Assembly (NCBI GenBank): GCA_041737125.1
Contig: JBGSSJ010000014.1
Coordinates: 68,375 to 132,374 of the forward strand
Origin: Minisyncoccia bacterium
GTDB lineage: Bacteria > Patescibacteriota > Minisyncoccia > Phycocordibacterales > UBA9973
Reading direction: 5' to 3'
Length of the DNA: 64,000 bases
The position numbers and the translations under genes are program-made. Below, in pieces: positions 8,981-19,031 of the stretch; within the stretch, counting starts at the first letter, position 1; each line of letters opens with the position of its first letter. Under the pieces are notes generated by a model, which ran no database searches, had not been told where the DNA came from, and saw only the letters and a list, made by a program, of their open reading frames with translations.

Positions 8981-10663
8981 ATGAAGAAGACGAAACCAAT
9001 AATTCCAAAGGAAGAAAAACAATGCAAATATATCTTTGTTATCGGTGGAGTCATCTCTGGTGTAGGTAAAGGAGTCGCAGCTTCTTCTATTGCTCGTATT
9101 TTACAAGACAGGGGACAGAAGGTAACTGCCATAAAAGTAGATCCATATATAAACCTTGATGCAGGTACTATGAACCCGACTGAGCACGGCGAAGTCTTTG
9201 TTCTGGATGATGGAGATGAATGCGACCAAGATATGGGTAACTACGAGAGATTTCTAGGTATTAATCTCTCTCGCATAAATTACATGACCACGGGCCGTGT
9301 ATATCAGACTGTTATAGAGAAGGAGCGCAACCTAGAGTATGCGGGTAAGTGTGTAGAAGTTGTGCCTCATATACCGCTCGAAGTAATTCGTCGTATAGAG
9401 CTTGCTCGTGATAATGCAGGCGCTGATGTAGTCGTCATAGAGATAGGGGGTACTGTCGGTGAGTATCAGAATATGCTTTTCCTCGAAGCTGCTCGTATGA
9501 TGAAGATCAAGCACAGAAGAGATGTATTCTTCGTCATGGTGTCCTATCTTCCTATACCTAGTAAAGTAGGAGAAATGAAAACAAAGCCGACTCAGTACGC
9601 TGTGCGCACACTTAATGCTTCAGGAATTCAGCCAGACATTATAATCGCTCGTAGTGTCATGCCACTAGATGATAGGCGCAAAGAGAAGCTCTCAATGTTC
9701 TGTAATCTTCCACCTGAGAATATTATATCTGCGCCCGATGTAGATAGCATATATGACATACCACTGAACTTCGAGAAGGAAGGTCTAGGTGACATGATTT
9801 GTGATGTCGTCGATATGAAATGTGAACCTACAGGCGGGGAAGGCTATAATAAATGGCGCAAATTCGCGAAAGCCACTCACTCTGCGAAAGAGAATTTAAA
9901 TATAGCTATCATTGGTAAGTATTTTAATACTGGTGATTTTACTTTATCTGATTCATATCTATCTGTTATAGAAGCTGTAAAATACTCTGCTTATACCCAA
10001 GGCAGAAAACCAGTCCTCACATGGATATCAGCAGTAGATTACGAGAAAGATCCGAAGAAGCTTAAAGAACTTAGTAAATACGATGGCATAATTGTGCCGG
10101 GTGGGTTCGGTTCACGCGGAGTAGAGGGTCTTATAATGGCTGTATCTTACGCTCGCACAAACAAGATTCCATACTTTGGGCTTTGCTACGGCATGCAACT
10201 TATGGTTATAGAGTATGCTCGTAATGTTCTCAAATACAAAGATGCCAATACACGTGAGATAAATCCGAATGGTGATCACTTGGTTATAGATGTAATGGAA
10301 GACCAGAAAGATAAAATCGAGAATAAGAAGATGGGTGGTACTATGAGACTTGGTGCATATGATGCAGTCCTCAAAAAGGGAAGCATAGCATATAAATCTT
10401 ACGGTAAAGATTTGATATCCGAGCGTCATCGCCACCGCTATGAAGTAAGTAATGTTTATAGGAGTGATATAGAGAAAGCCGGACTCATATTCTCAGGGCT
10501 CTCACCTGATGGCCACTTAGCTGAGATAGCAGAGCTGCCTACATCTGTACATCCATTCTTCCTTGGCACACAATTCCACCCAGAGTTCAAAGCACGGCCT
10601 CTTGATCCACACCCACTTTTCTCTGCCTTTGTGAAAGCTTGTGTAATTAATAAAAAGAAATAG
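8981..10663 (+). CDS. pyrG: CTP synthase
   Basis: N-terminal synthetase motif FVIGGVISGVGKG and C-terminal glutamine amidotransferase motif GLCYGMQ. Confidence 0.9.
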   Translation: MKKTKPIIPKEEKQCKYIFVIGGVISGVGKGVAASSIARILQDRGQKVTAIKVDPYINLDAGTMNPTEHGEVFVLDDGDECDQDMGNYERFLGINLSRINYMTTGRVYQTVIEKERNLEYAGKCVEVVPHIPLEVIRRIELARDNAGADVVVIEIGGTVGEYQNMLFLEAARMMKIKHRRDVFFVMVSYLPIPSKVGEMKTKPTQYAVRTLNASGIQPDIIIARSVMPLDDRRKEKLSMFCNLPPENIISAPDVDSIYDIPLNFEKEGLGDMICDVVDMKCEPTGGEGYNKWRKFAKATHSAKENLNIAIIGKYFNTGDFTLSDSYLSVIEAVKYSAYTQGRKPVLTWISAVDYEKDPKKLKELSKYDGIIVPGGFGSRGVEGLIMAVSYARTNKIPYFGLCYGMQLMVIEYARNVLKYKDANTREINPNGDHLVIDVMEDQKDKIENKKMGGTMRLGAYDAVLKKGSIAYKSYGKDLISERHRHRYEVSNVYRSDIEKAGLIFSGLSPDGHLAEIAELPTSVHPFFLGTQFHPEFKARPLDPHPLFSAFVKACVINKKK

Positions 10664-10675
10664 AAGTGATACAAA

Positions 10676-10703
10676 TTAAAAGAGGCTCGCATGAGCCTCT
10701 TTT
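10676..10703. terminator. bidirectional terminator hairpin between pyrG and the LOG-family gene
   Basis: Perfect hairpin AAAGAGGCTC-gcat-GAGCCTCTTT. Confidence 0.65.
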
Positions 10704-10713
10704 AATTTGTATA

Positions 10714-11442
10714 TTATTGTAATGCGTCTTGACCGTCGCGCATTCGGCTATCTGCTATGATATTTAGTATTTCATCTTCATTATCTGTGATTGTGTATAG
10801 GTTCATATCATTCGCACTGACGACTCCATACTTCTCTACGAGGACTTCTTTGATTATGTTCTGAATCGGAGTCCAGAATTCTACACCAAGGAGGATGATA
10901 GGTATTCTGCCAATTTTCTCTGTCTGTTGAAGTGTTAGCATTTCGAATAATTCATCAAGAGTACCGAATCCACCAGGGCAGAATACGCAAACTTCTGTTG
11001 TGTATGACATGGATACTTGGCGTGCAAAGAAGAAGTAGAAAGGTATCTCATCGGTTACGTACGGGTTCGTATGTTGCTCGTGGGGTAGGGTGATAGTCAG
11101 TCCTACAGATTTGCCTCCTGCTTCATAGGCCCCTCTGTTTGCAGCTTCCATGATGCCTCCTCCTCCACCAGAGAGTACTATGTAGCCTAGTTCCTTCGAT
11201 ATGCGGTAAGCAAGTGACCGAGCTTGCTTGTAAGCAGGGTGATCTTCATGAAGTCTTGCTGAGCCATAGAACGTGACAGAGGGGGTGAACTCACTTATCA
11301 TGTCTATTCCTTGGCGGAATTCTTCTTGAATCATGCAGAGCTTTGTCTCTTCTTTGCCTGCTCCATAGAGAGTCACACAGCCAGATTTTATATCATCGAT
11401 TGTTAATTTCTTCGGTCTATATACTTGTTTATTTGGTTCCAT
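10714..11442 (-). CDS. LOG-family (TIGR00730) Rossmann-fold nucleotide-binding protein / cytokinin riboside 5'-monophosphate phosphoribohydrolase-like
   Basis: GGGGGIMEAANRGAYEAGG and PGGFGTLDELFE motifs. Confidence 0.8.
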   Translation of the reverse strand: MEPNKQVYRPKKLTIDDIKSGCVTLYGAGKEETKLCMIQEEFRQGIDMISEFTPSVTFYGSARLHEDHPAYKQARSLAYRISKELGYIVLSGGGGGIMEAANRGAYEAGGKSVGLTITLPHEQHTNPYVTDEIPFYFFFARQVSMSYTTEVCVFCPGGFGTLDELFEMLTLQQTEKIGRIPIILLGVEFWTPIQNIIKEVLVEKYGVVSANDMNLYTITDNEDEILNIIADSRMRDGQDALQ

Positions 11443-11544
11443 ATCGTATGATTGTACCTTAAATTATTATTCTCAGCAATTTTGCATAAAAAAAGCCCAT
11501 TCGATTTGCATCGTAGGGCGGGGAATAAGGGTTAGCTTTGGATT

Positions 11545-11892
11545 TTAAGCTTTTCTAAGATCACGAATTGTACGTATTTTAGCCAGAACTATGGTAATTA
11601 TACATAGAACAGCGATAGTGCCGTTCATTATTGTTTCAGCCACAAATTTTTCTGTGTGACCTACGAAAACCATCCCTGTAAAAGCTAAAATCATAATAGC
11701 AAAATTAGTGATTCTTTCTTTCTCGAAAAGAATTCCTCTACCAGAGATAAAGATAACTGCTATATCCAGCAACCATCTAATAGCAGAAGAGTTGGAATGT
11801 GCATTATTCTTTTCTTGTTCGTGGAACAAGATAGCAATAGCTAATTCTAGGATTACCAATCCTAAAATTAAAAAATAATAATTTTTTTTCAT
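11545..11892 (-). CDS. small membrane protein, hypothetical
   Basis: Three hydrophobic helices; no motif recognised. Confidence 0.4.
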   Translation of the reverse strand: MKKNYYFLILGLVILELAIAILFHEQEKNNAHSNSSAIRWLLDIAVIFISGRGILFEKERITNFAIMILAFTGMVFVGHTEKFVAETIMNGTIAVLCIITIVLAKIRTIRDLRKA

Positions 11893-11983
11893 TTTTTCCC
11901 TAAACGGGTGTTTTATTTTTTTTCGAAATGTTCTTTGTCGGTTTTATTATAACCGATATGGCTCGCATTGTCAAGCAAAAAAA

Positions 11984-12066
11984 CTACACGTTTTTATGTT
12001 TTTTGTCGGCTTGTTTTTCGAGAATTTCTAGCTTTTTAGAGATTATTATCATTTCTTCTTTTATGT
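11984..12066 (-). pseudogene. ghost 3' gene fragment encoding ...IISKKLEILEKQADKKHKNV*, near-identical to the 3' end of the 15962..16411 gene
   Basis: About 60 bp matches 15986..16044 with roughly 5 mismatches. The minus-strand frame reproduces that gene's C-terminal peptide with its own stop, but there is no upstream coding body. Confidence 0.45.
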
Positions 12067-12117
12067 TTATGGTGGCCTAAAATATAATATTAATTCAAGT
12101 TATGATATAATTTTAAA

Positions 12118-15100
12118 ATGAAGTCTAAATATAACATTTTGTTGGGCCGTAAGCTTTTTTTAACAATAATAACACTATTGCTTTTCGTTCCATCCCTTAC
12201 TCATGCAGCACTCACGGACAACCTCATATCTTTCTGGAACTTAAATGAGAGCAGTGGTACTAGAAATGATGTAATAAGCACAAATCACCTAGCTGAGGTT
12301 GGTGGTGCTATCCCATCTGCAATAGGGGTAATAAATAACGCACCTGCTTTCTCTTCAAGTAAATATCTTTCTATTAACGATAATGCAGAACTCAGTACCG
12401 GTGACATTGATTTTACCGTTGCGGGATGGGTATACCTGGACTCTAAAGCTTCACCACAAGGTATTGTTTCTAAATATGACGGTTCATCAAACAGTGAATT
12501 TATGCTCTACTACGCATCCGGTACTGATAGACTTACCTTTTTAGTAACTTCCAGTGGGTCATCTGCAACTCAAGTGTCAGTTGCTGCTGAGGATCTCGGA
12601 TCTCCTGCGATCAACACATGGTACTACGTTGTGGGGTGGCATGACTCAGTAAATAATACGATTAATATTCAAGTTAATAACGGTGCTGTAAACAGTACCG
12701 CAACGACACTTGGAGTTTTTGATGGAACAGCTCCGTTTCTCATAGGTTCGTATTCTGGAGGGACAAGACCGCTGAGTGGTCGCGTCGACTCAGTAGGATT
12801 ATGGAAGCGAGTCTTAACAACAAATGAAAAAAATGAATTATATGCTAGCGGAGCAGGGTTTGAGCATCCATTTCTTCCTGCTACTGCTCCTGGAGCTCCG
12901 ACAGGCATAACATTTCAACCCAAAGATAATAGTGTTGCGCTACGATGGTTTGCTCCTGACAGTGGGAACAGTGCTATCACAGATTATATTATTCAATATA
13001 AACTAACAGCAAGTGGTTCATGGACAACCTTTAGTGATGGCACTAGTGTTTTGTCATCTACAACGGTTACTGGTCTTACAAATGAAAATAGTTATGATTT
13101 TAGAATCGCCGCTGTGAATAATGTTGGTACAGGTGAATACTCAACCCCAATGACGGGAACTATTCTTGCGACAACTCTCGATGATGATCTTATATCTTTT
13201 TGGAATTTAAATGAGACGAGTGGCGTTCGGTATGATGTGGTAAATTCAAATGATGTATCTCAGGTTGGTGGTACAATCTCATCAACAGTAGGAGTTATAG
13301 GCAATGCTCCCGCATTCTCTTCTGATAAATATCTTTCTATTAATGATAATGCAGAACTCAGTACCGGGAACATTGATTTTACCGTTGCGGGATGGGTGTA
13401 CCTGGACTCTAAAGCTTCACCACAAGGTATTGTTTCTAAATATGACGGAACAACGAACCGTGAATTTATGCTCTACTACGCATCCGGTACCGATAGACTT
13501 ACCTTTTTAGTAACCTCAGGAGGGTCAGTAGCAACACAGGTATTAGCTGCTGCAAATGATCTCGGATCTCCTGCGATCAACACATGGTACTACGTTGTGG
13601 GGTGGCATGACTCAGTAAATAATACGATTAATATTCAAGTTAATAATGGTGCTGTAAACAGTACCGCAACGACACTTGGAGTTTTTGATGGAACAGCTCC
13701 TTTTCGCATAGGTTCGTATTCTGGGACGACAGGACCACTTAATGGTCGCGTCGACTCAGTAGGATTATGGAAGCGAGTCTTAACAACACAGGAACGCACA
13801 GACCTTTATTTTGGTTCTTTAGGTGTTCAATACCCATTCGATCCTGATGCTTCAAATACAATTACTATTATAGGCCCGTTACAATATCAAACATTTCAGA
13901 GAAGTTCAGAAAGTAGCGGCTCAATACCCATCAGTGGTACCTATAGCGGAACCCCTACTACTATTGAAGCTAGTTGGAACGGGGGTGCGTATCAAGTAAT
14001 CGATAATTCATTGAGCAACGGGTTCTTTTCAGGTACACTTACAAGTCAAACCCCAGGACAGGGAACACTCACTGTGAGATTTACAAATGATACTGCAGTG
14101 ACTGCTACACAAACATACGTTGGACTCGGAGACGTGTATGTTGTTGCTGGTCAGTCAAATGCGATGGGACGTGGAGCATTCGCTCAACTATACACACACC
14201 CTACTCTAAAGGCATCAATTTTCAATCAAAATGATCAATGGCTAGAAGGGAATGATCCTACAGATATTGACACCAACGATGGATCTCCATGGCCACTTCT
14301 CTCAACATATATTATGGATGATCAATCCGTGCCAGTCGCATTTATTACTACCGCCACAGGGGGCACAGGTCTTGTTAGTCCAAACGACTGGGAAAAAGGT
14401 GGTGGAGGTGGAGAATATGAAAGAATGATTACACAAATTACAGATTCGGGCGTCAATAGCGTCAAAGCAGTTCTCTGGCACCAAGGAGAACAAGATGTAA
14501 ACAGCGGTGTATCACGGGCAACATATAATGCCGCAATAGATACACTTGCAGGTCATATGGCAGCTGATATTGTTGGTGCGCCTAAATTGGTGTTAGCACA
14601 AATAGGATACAAGACAACAAGTGGTGCAGTTCGTGACAATGTTGACGCAGTCAGATTAGCACAGTCAGACGCGTGGGATGATAATCCAGGAGTTGTCGCA
14701 GGCCCTATTCTCTATGACATTGGACCTCTCAGTGATGGTGTACACTTTAGTACAAACGAAGAAATAGAGGCTTTAGCAGAGCGATGGTGGGCGTCTCTAA
14801 ATAAAGAGTACTATGGTGGGACTGATGGGCGTGGTCCAATACTTACTGCCGCTGAACACAACGAAGCAAAATCAGAGATCACACTTACATTTTCAGATGA
14901 TTCTTTGCCGATTACCCCGTCAACAGGCTTAAGCGGGTTTAGGGTTGAGGAAGATACAGTGAGTGTTCCTATTAGTAGTGTCACACGAATTGCTAATAAT
15001 AAATTGAGAATAGTGCTTACCTCTGCAGCAACAGGAGCTTTGACTGTATCGCTCGGGAGTTTTAATGACGGTGCTGGTGTGACGATTCCTAAAGACTCTA

Positions 15101-15864
15101 GCGCATACGCACTTCCTGCTGAGATTTTTGTTGACTATCCAACAACACTTGCTGTTGATACCGGAGCGCCAACTATAGATTCTGTAACTTCAAATAAAAC
15201 TACAGGAACATATGGCGTAGGAGAAGTCATTGATATTGATGTGACGTTTTCTGAAGCCGTGACATCTGCGTCTGTAACTGTTACCTTAGAAACAGGGGAT
15301 ATTGATCGCACTTGTACGTTTTCAATATCTAATTCTTCTACGGGTTCGTGTGACTATACTGTTCAGGTAGGGGACACAAGTGCTGTGCTCACTGTAGCTA
15401 GTATCTCAGGGTCTATTGTTGATGAGGCAAATAATGCAATGACAGATTTTGAACCAACTATCAATCTCTTTAATAACCCCTTACTCGTGATTGATACGAC
15501 TACCTCATTTCGTTCTGCATATGGTTCGTATTCTAAAACATCTCCATTCTTTATCCAGAATCAAGTTATATCAAATTCTCCATTACAAAATATACAGAAA
15601 TATATATTTACAAGAAATTTTAAAATTATAATACCTAGAATAAAAGGGGAGGATGTGAAGGTGTTACAAGAATTCTTAAACTTTAAAGGCTATACTATAC
15701 CTCAGACTGCATATGAGAAAGCAAATAATATTCCATCCTCTGATGGCGTGTTTGGTCCTTTGACTAAGAAAGCCGTTATTTCCTTCCAGCTGGCCAATGG
15801 CCTAGTGCCAGATGGTATCGTAGGACCGAAGACTTTGGCGAAAATAAAGGAGTTAGCTCATTGA
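12118..15864 (+). CDS. large secreted multidomain protein: signal peptide, two LamG/ConA-like lectin repeats, FN3 domain, SGNH/sialate-O-acetylesterase-like (DUF303-like) domain, Ig-like domains, C-terminal peptidoglycan-binding (PG_binding_1-like) domain
   Basis: N-terminal hydrophobic leader; FN3-like APGAPTGITFQP...YDFRIAAVNNVGTGEYS; esterase-like GLGDVYVVAGQSNAMGRG and VLWHQGEQD; C-terminal LQEFLNFKGY...VFGPLTKKAVISFQ...PDGIVGPKTL. Confidence 0.8.
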   Translation: MKSKYNILLGRKLFLTIITLLLFVPSLTHAALTDNLISFWNLNESSGTRNDVISTNHLAEVGGAIPSAIGVINNAPAFSSSKYLSINDNAELSTGDIDFTVAGWVYLDSKASPQGIVSKYDGSSNSEFMLYYASGTDRLTFLVTSSGSSATQVSVAAEDLGSPAINTWYYVVGWHDSVNNTINIQVNNGAVNSTATTLGVFDGTAPFLIGSYSGGTRPLSGRVDSVGLWKRVLTTNEKNELYASGAGFEHPFLPATAPGAPTGITFQPKDNSVALRWFAPDSGNSAITDYIIQYKLTASGSWTTFSDGTSVLSSTTVTGLTNENSYDFRIAAVNNVGTGEYSTPMTGTILATTLDDDLISFWNLNETSGVRYDVVNSNDVSQVGGTISSTVGVIGNAPAFSSDKYLSINDNAELSTGNIDFTVAGWVYLDSKASPQGIVSKYDGTTNREFMLYYASGTDRLTFLVTSGGSVATQVLAAANDLGSPAINTWYYVVGWHDSVNNTINIQVNNGAVNSTATTLGVFDGTAPFRIGSYSGTTGPLNGRVDSVGLWKRVLTTQERTDLYFGSLGVQYPFDPDASNTITIIGPLQYQTFQRSSESSGSIPISGTYSGTPTTIEASWNGGAYQVIDNSLSNGFFSGTLTSQTPGQGTLTVRFTNDTAVTATQTYVGLGDVYVVAGQSNAMGRGAFAQLYTHPTLKASIFNQNDQWLEGNDPTDIDTNDGSPWPLLSTYIMDDQSVPVAFITTATGGTGLVSPNDWEKGGGGGEYERMITQITDSGVNSVKAVLWHQGEQDVNSGVSRATYNAAIDTLAGHMAADIVGAPKLVLAQIGYKTTSGAVRDNVDAVRLAQSDAWDDNPGVVAGPILYDIGPLSDGVHFSTNEEIEALAERWWASLNKEYYGGTDGRGPILTAAEHNEAKSEITLTFSDDSLPITPSTGLSGFRVEEDTVSVPISSVTRIANNKLRIVLTSAATGALTVSLGSFNDGAGVTIPKDSSAYALPAEIFVDYPTTLAVDTGAPTIDSVTSNKTTGTYGVGEVIDIDVTFSEAVTSASVTVTLETGDIDRTCTFSISNSSTGSCDYTVQVGDTSAVLTVASISGSIVDEANNAMTDFEPTINLFNNPLLVIDTTTSFRSAYGSYSKTSPFFIQNQVISNSPLQNIQKYIFTRNFKIIIPRIKGEDVKVLQEFLNFKGYTIPQTAYEKANNIPSSDGVFGPLTKKAVISFQLANGLVPDGIVGPKTLAKIKELAH
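12220..13800 (+). repeat. intragenic tandem duplication (about 620-bp unit at roughly 12220-12840 and 13177-13797) encoding the two lectin-like repeats
   Basis: Long stretches are nearly identical at nucleotide level between the two units (for example around 12380-12830 versus 13337-13790). Confidence 0.8.
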
Positions 15865-15961
15865 TTGATATGACTCTTATTAAATTTTAAAATTATTATA
15901 AATTCATTAATTTGATTTATTTTTTCGGCCTTCCTTCAAAAACCTTATACGAATCATAAAA

Positions 15962-16411
15962 CTATATATTTTTGTGGTTTTTATAAGCTTGTTTTTCGAG
16001 AATTTCGAGTTTTTTAGAGATTATTATCAGTTCTTCTTTTATGTCTGAAATAGCTGATACTTCACTTTTGAGTTCTGCGTCTGTTTTCTCTGTAAGCTTC
16101 CTTTCGCCTTTTAGACCTGCAAGTATAAGCTCATTACCAATGAAGCTTGAAGTGAAAGCTCCTGTTATATAGAGTGTGAAGGCCCCCACTACGAATGATA
16201 CTGGTCCATCCCACCAGTATGAATCTTTTAAGCTCAGCGAATGACTTTGCGCCAAATAGCCTATTGTGTCATGCATAACGTCCACAGTGTGCCAGACTCC
16301 TCTCCAGAAGAGCACAATACCTACTCCGACGATAAGTGCGTAGAGGGTAGGGTGGTGACTAAGGTGGCTTTGTATTTTGTGTTTTAATTCTTTCATCTCT
16401 CGATTATACAA
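15962..16411 (-). CDS. membrane protein with coiled-coil C-terminus, hypothetical
   Basis: Two TM helices followed by a charged helical tail; its 3' end is duplicated at 12008..12066. Confidence 0.5.
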   Translation of the reverse strand: MYNREMKELKHKIQSHLSHHPTLYALIVGVGIVLFWRGVWHTVDVMHDTIGYLAQSHSLSLKDSYWWDGPVSFVVGAFTLYITGAFTSSFIGNELILAGLKGERKLTEKTDAELKSEVSAISDIKEELIIISKKLEILEKQAYKNHKNI

Positions 16412-16423
16412 TATTTATAATTT

Positions 16424-17170
16424 TTAGAAAAATAGCATCTTTACTGCGGTTATGAGTATGACTATACCGAGCAGTGGTTTCAAAAATGCATCGCCTTTCT
16501 TTACTGCATAGCTTGTGCCCATATAGCCTCCGATTACCATACCCAAGAATAGTATTATAGCCACACGAAAATTTACAAAATCTGACTTTATAAATATAAT
16601 TACACTTCCAATAGTAGCAAGAATATGAGGAATTCGAGTAACAGCTTTTCCTTGTAGTATGGTATAGCCATATCCTCGCATTTTAATATAAGTTTCTGTT
16701 ATCCCTGACCCAGGAGAGAAGAATCCAGCCCATACACGAGCGAAGAAGAATGCTATGTGCGATACGACCCGCTTCCTGCCTACAGCTCTATCCTCTTTTA
16801 TGCCTAGATTTTTATTTATAAATAATAGCGGGATAATAATTAGAAGTATAACTCCTATTAATTTATTCAAAATTTCTGGATTAATAGATACTACCAAGCT
16901 CGCCCCAATTGCTGTAGCAGGCACAGCTATCAGTGTTAGGATTATTACATCCCTCCTTTTTATCCCTAGGTTTTTAATCTGAGCGAATTTAATTATGTTA
17001 CCAATTTTAAATCCTATATCACCAAAGTTGTAAGAGCCTAGGGCAATTTGTGTAGGTAGCCCTAGTGCTAGAAGTAGAGGCATAGCAACAAGCCCAGCTC
17101 CACCAGATACACTACCGACAAAGGCGCTAATAATACCGATTATGAAGAATAGGATATCGTTTAAGAACAT
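16424..17170 (-). CDS. TSUP-family (TauE/SafE, DUF81) membrane transporter
   Basis: Gly-rich repeated TM motifs GGAGLVAMPLLLALGLP. Confidence 0.7.
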   Translation of the reverse strand: MFLNDILFFIIGIISAFVGSVSGGAGLVAMPLLLALGLPTQIALGSYNFGDIGFKIGNIIKFAQIKNLGIKRRDVIILTLIAVPATAIGASLVVSINPEILNKLIGVILLIIIPLLFINKNLGIKEDRAVGRKRVVSHIAFFFARVWAGFFSPGSGITETYIKMRGYGYTILQGKAVTRIPHILATIGSVIIFIKSDFVNFRVAIILFLGMVIGGYMGTSYAVKKGDAFLKPLLGIVILITAVKMLFF

Positions 17171-17539
17171 CTATCTTGTTTGATTTAGTTTATGGAAAGA
17201 ATAATAAGACACAAAGAGTACGATAAGTGCGATGACAGGGAACAGTAAGTATACAGTGAATCCAGTCACTACCCACATGCTTATGAATGCTGCTATGAAG
17301 TCAAAAGTAAATCCAGCATATGCCCACTCTTTTATAGTTTTAGGAATATTAGGAATGATCAGCGCTATTCCTCCGAGGACTTTTGCGACTACGAGCATGA
17401 CTGCAAAGTAAGCCGGATATCCGAAGGATACTATCCCACTAACTGCTGCACCATTAAAATAGGCAACCAATTCAAGTACTACTTGTGTAATGAATATTAA
17501 TGAAGTCGCAACCCAGAACATGATTTTGTATTTTTTCAT
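17171..17539 (-). CDS. DoxX-family membrane protein
   Basis: Four TM helices and a GGIALIIP motif. Confidence 0.5.
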   Translation of the reverse strand: MKKYKIMFWVATSLIFITQVVLELVAYFNGAAVSGIVSFGYPAYFAVMLVVAKVLGGIALIIPNIPKTIKEWAYAGFTFDFIAAFISMWVVTGFTVYLLFPVIALIVLFVSYYSFHKLNQTR

Positions 17540-17563
17540 ATACTTTTATTATACATAATTTTT

Positions 17564-18178
17564 TTAATTTAATATTTTCTTCAGAGCTTCTATTACAGGT
17601 CCCATTTCTGTTATTTCATCTTCTTGTGTGTGCTGAATAGCTGGTTTACCTGTCGTCTTCGAGTAATACAGACATCGAACTGGCATATGTATATGTGGTG
17701 TACCAAATTCTTGGTTTGTTAGGACTACCTCTCTCCTAGATTCGATTTTCTTGACTTCACCGTTTGGATGTACCAATGCGAAAGCTTCTATCCAGGCAGC
17801 ATCCACTTGTCCTCCATGCCTAGTGGCAACTCCTTTCCAGAAGTTTAATAACTGCTTAGATATTTCTTCAGGGGATAAATTTTGTTCATCAATGCCTTCT
17901 AGGGCTTTTCTTTTGGGTACATCAGTGAAGCCATCACCTTCTACATAGAACCCCGTGTCGTTCGATATAATAGGGAAGTCTACTTTACCCAGGTAAGCTT
18001 GAGCTTTCAGAATAGCATTGTCCATTAAAGTTGTTCCATTCTCCTCTGTATCTAGAGTCTCGATTCCTAGTTCATCGGGGGAGAATAATTCAATATTAGG
18101 ATCAATATAATTTATCAATTTCCTAAATCTTTCTATTTTGCCTCCGTTATTAGTTGCAAGTAATACTTTCATCTTCAT
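17564..18178 (-). CDS. non-canonical purine NTP pyrophosphatase (RdgB/Ham1/ITPase family)-like
   Basis: N-terminal VLLATNNGGKIERF motif. Confidence 0.5.
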   Translation of the reverse strand: MKMKVLLATNNGGKIERFRKLINYIDPNIELFSPDELGIETLDTEENGTTLMDNAILKAQAYLGKVDFPIISNDTGFYVEGDGFTDVPKRKALEGIDEQNLSPEEISKQLLNFWKGVATRHGGQVDAAWIEAFALVHPNGEVKKIESRREVVLTNQEFGTPHIHMPVRCLYYSKTTGKPAIQHTQEDEITEMGPVIEALKKILN

Positions 18179-18205
18179 ATTGTAGCATTTTTATAAATTT
18201 CTAAT

Positions 18206-18240
18206 AAAATTAAAAAGAGCAGGCTTTAACCTTGCTCTTT
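18206..18240 (-). terminator. rho-independent terminator after the SIMPL-like gene
   Basis: AAAAGAGCAGG-ctttaac-CTTGCTCTTTTT hairpin with a T-run. Confidence 0.55.
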
Positions 18241-18264
18241 TTAATGATATTTTCTGAAAACTTC

Positions 18265-18948
18265 CTACTTTAGCAAGAATCTAAGTGTAGAAACAAGACG
18301 AATCTTCTTGTATTCAGGAGAGCCTGGATCTTTGTCTGTGATGTCGAATACTCCCTGATTACCCCGAGTGACACTACCAACAGATGAAGATGAATTCTCT
18401 GCGAATTGGTCAGCTGTAGCACGTGCGTTCTTGATGGCCTCGGCTAGCATTTCAGGCTTGATACTGTTTAAGTCAGAGAACTCGAAGGATATACTGTTCT
18501 GACTGAGTACAACACCTTTCTTCACTAATAGCAAAGTTTCATTTGATACTGATTTTGCTAGATCTACTTTTTTTGTATAGACAGAGACTTGGTTGTTCGA
18601 ATTGTATCTGAATGCTGCATCTCTGTATGTATCTTGGTAGATGTTCACTGGAGCTACATTTATCTCACTGTCTTCGAAACCTTTCTCTTTGAGGAAAGTT
18701 TTGATTGTGACTATATTCTTCTCTATACCTCCGTAGAGTGAATCTACATCATTGGTCTTCACATCAAAGCTCATAGACCAGATGGCAGTATCTGCCTTTA
18801 CTATCCTCTCTGATAATCCCTTCACTTCTACATACGCACCCTGATCAGAGAAGTCATGCGCTGATATATAGAATGCTCCTGAGAGCAAAATTGCGAGTAC
18901 TAATATCGCCCCACCTATAAAGTTGTAATTGTTTTTTGTATTTTCCAT
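18265..18948 (-). CDS. SIMPL-domain (DUF541)-like secreted or membrane-anchored protein
   Basis: N-terminal TM segment; VEVKGLSERIVKADTAIWSMSF pattern typical of SIMPL. Confidence 0.4.
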   Translation of the reverse strand: MENTKNNYNFIGGAILVLAILLSGAFYISAHDFSDQGAYVEVKGLSERIVKADTAIWSMSFDVKTNDVDSLYGGIEKNIVTIKTFLKEKGFEDSEINVAPVNIYQDTYRDAAFRYNSNNQVSVYTKKVDLAKSVSNETLLLVKKGVVLSQNSISFEFSDLNSIKPEMLAEAIKNARATADQFAENSSSSVGSVTRGNQGVFDITDKDPGSPEYKKIRLVSTLRFLLK

Positions 18949-19031
18949 ATGTTAAGTATAGCACATAAAAAATTTTATTCTGTAAAGCTTTTTTGTGCAA
19001 GGCATAATTACTTTTCTGTTATAATATTTCT

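Noticed and set aside
12669-12908. Antisense or out-of-frame small ORFs inside confidently called genes (for example 1048..1257, 6642..6842, 8549..8869, 12669..12908, 46578..46910, 54570..55352, 58550..59391)
   Set aside because: They are fully embedded in longer ORFs with strong motif support on the other strand or frame. No independent evidence.
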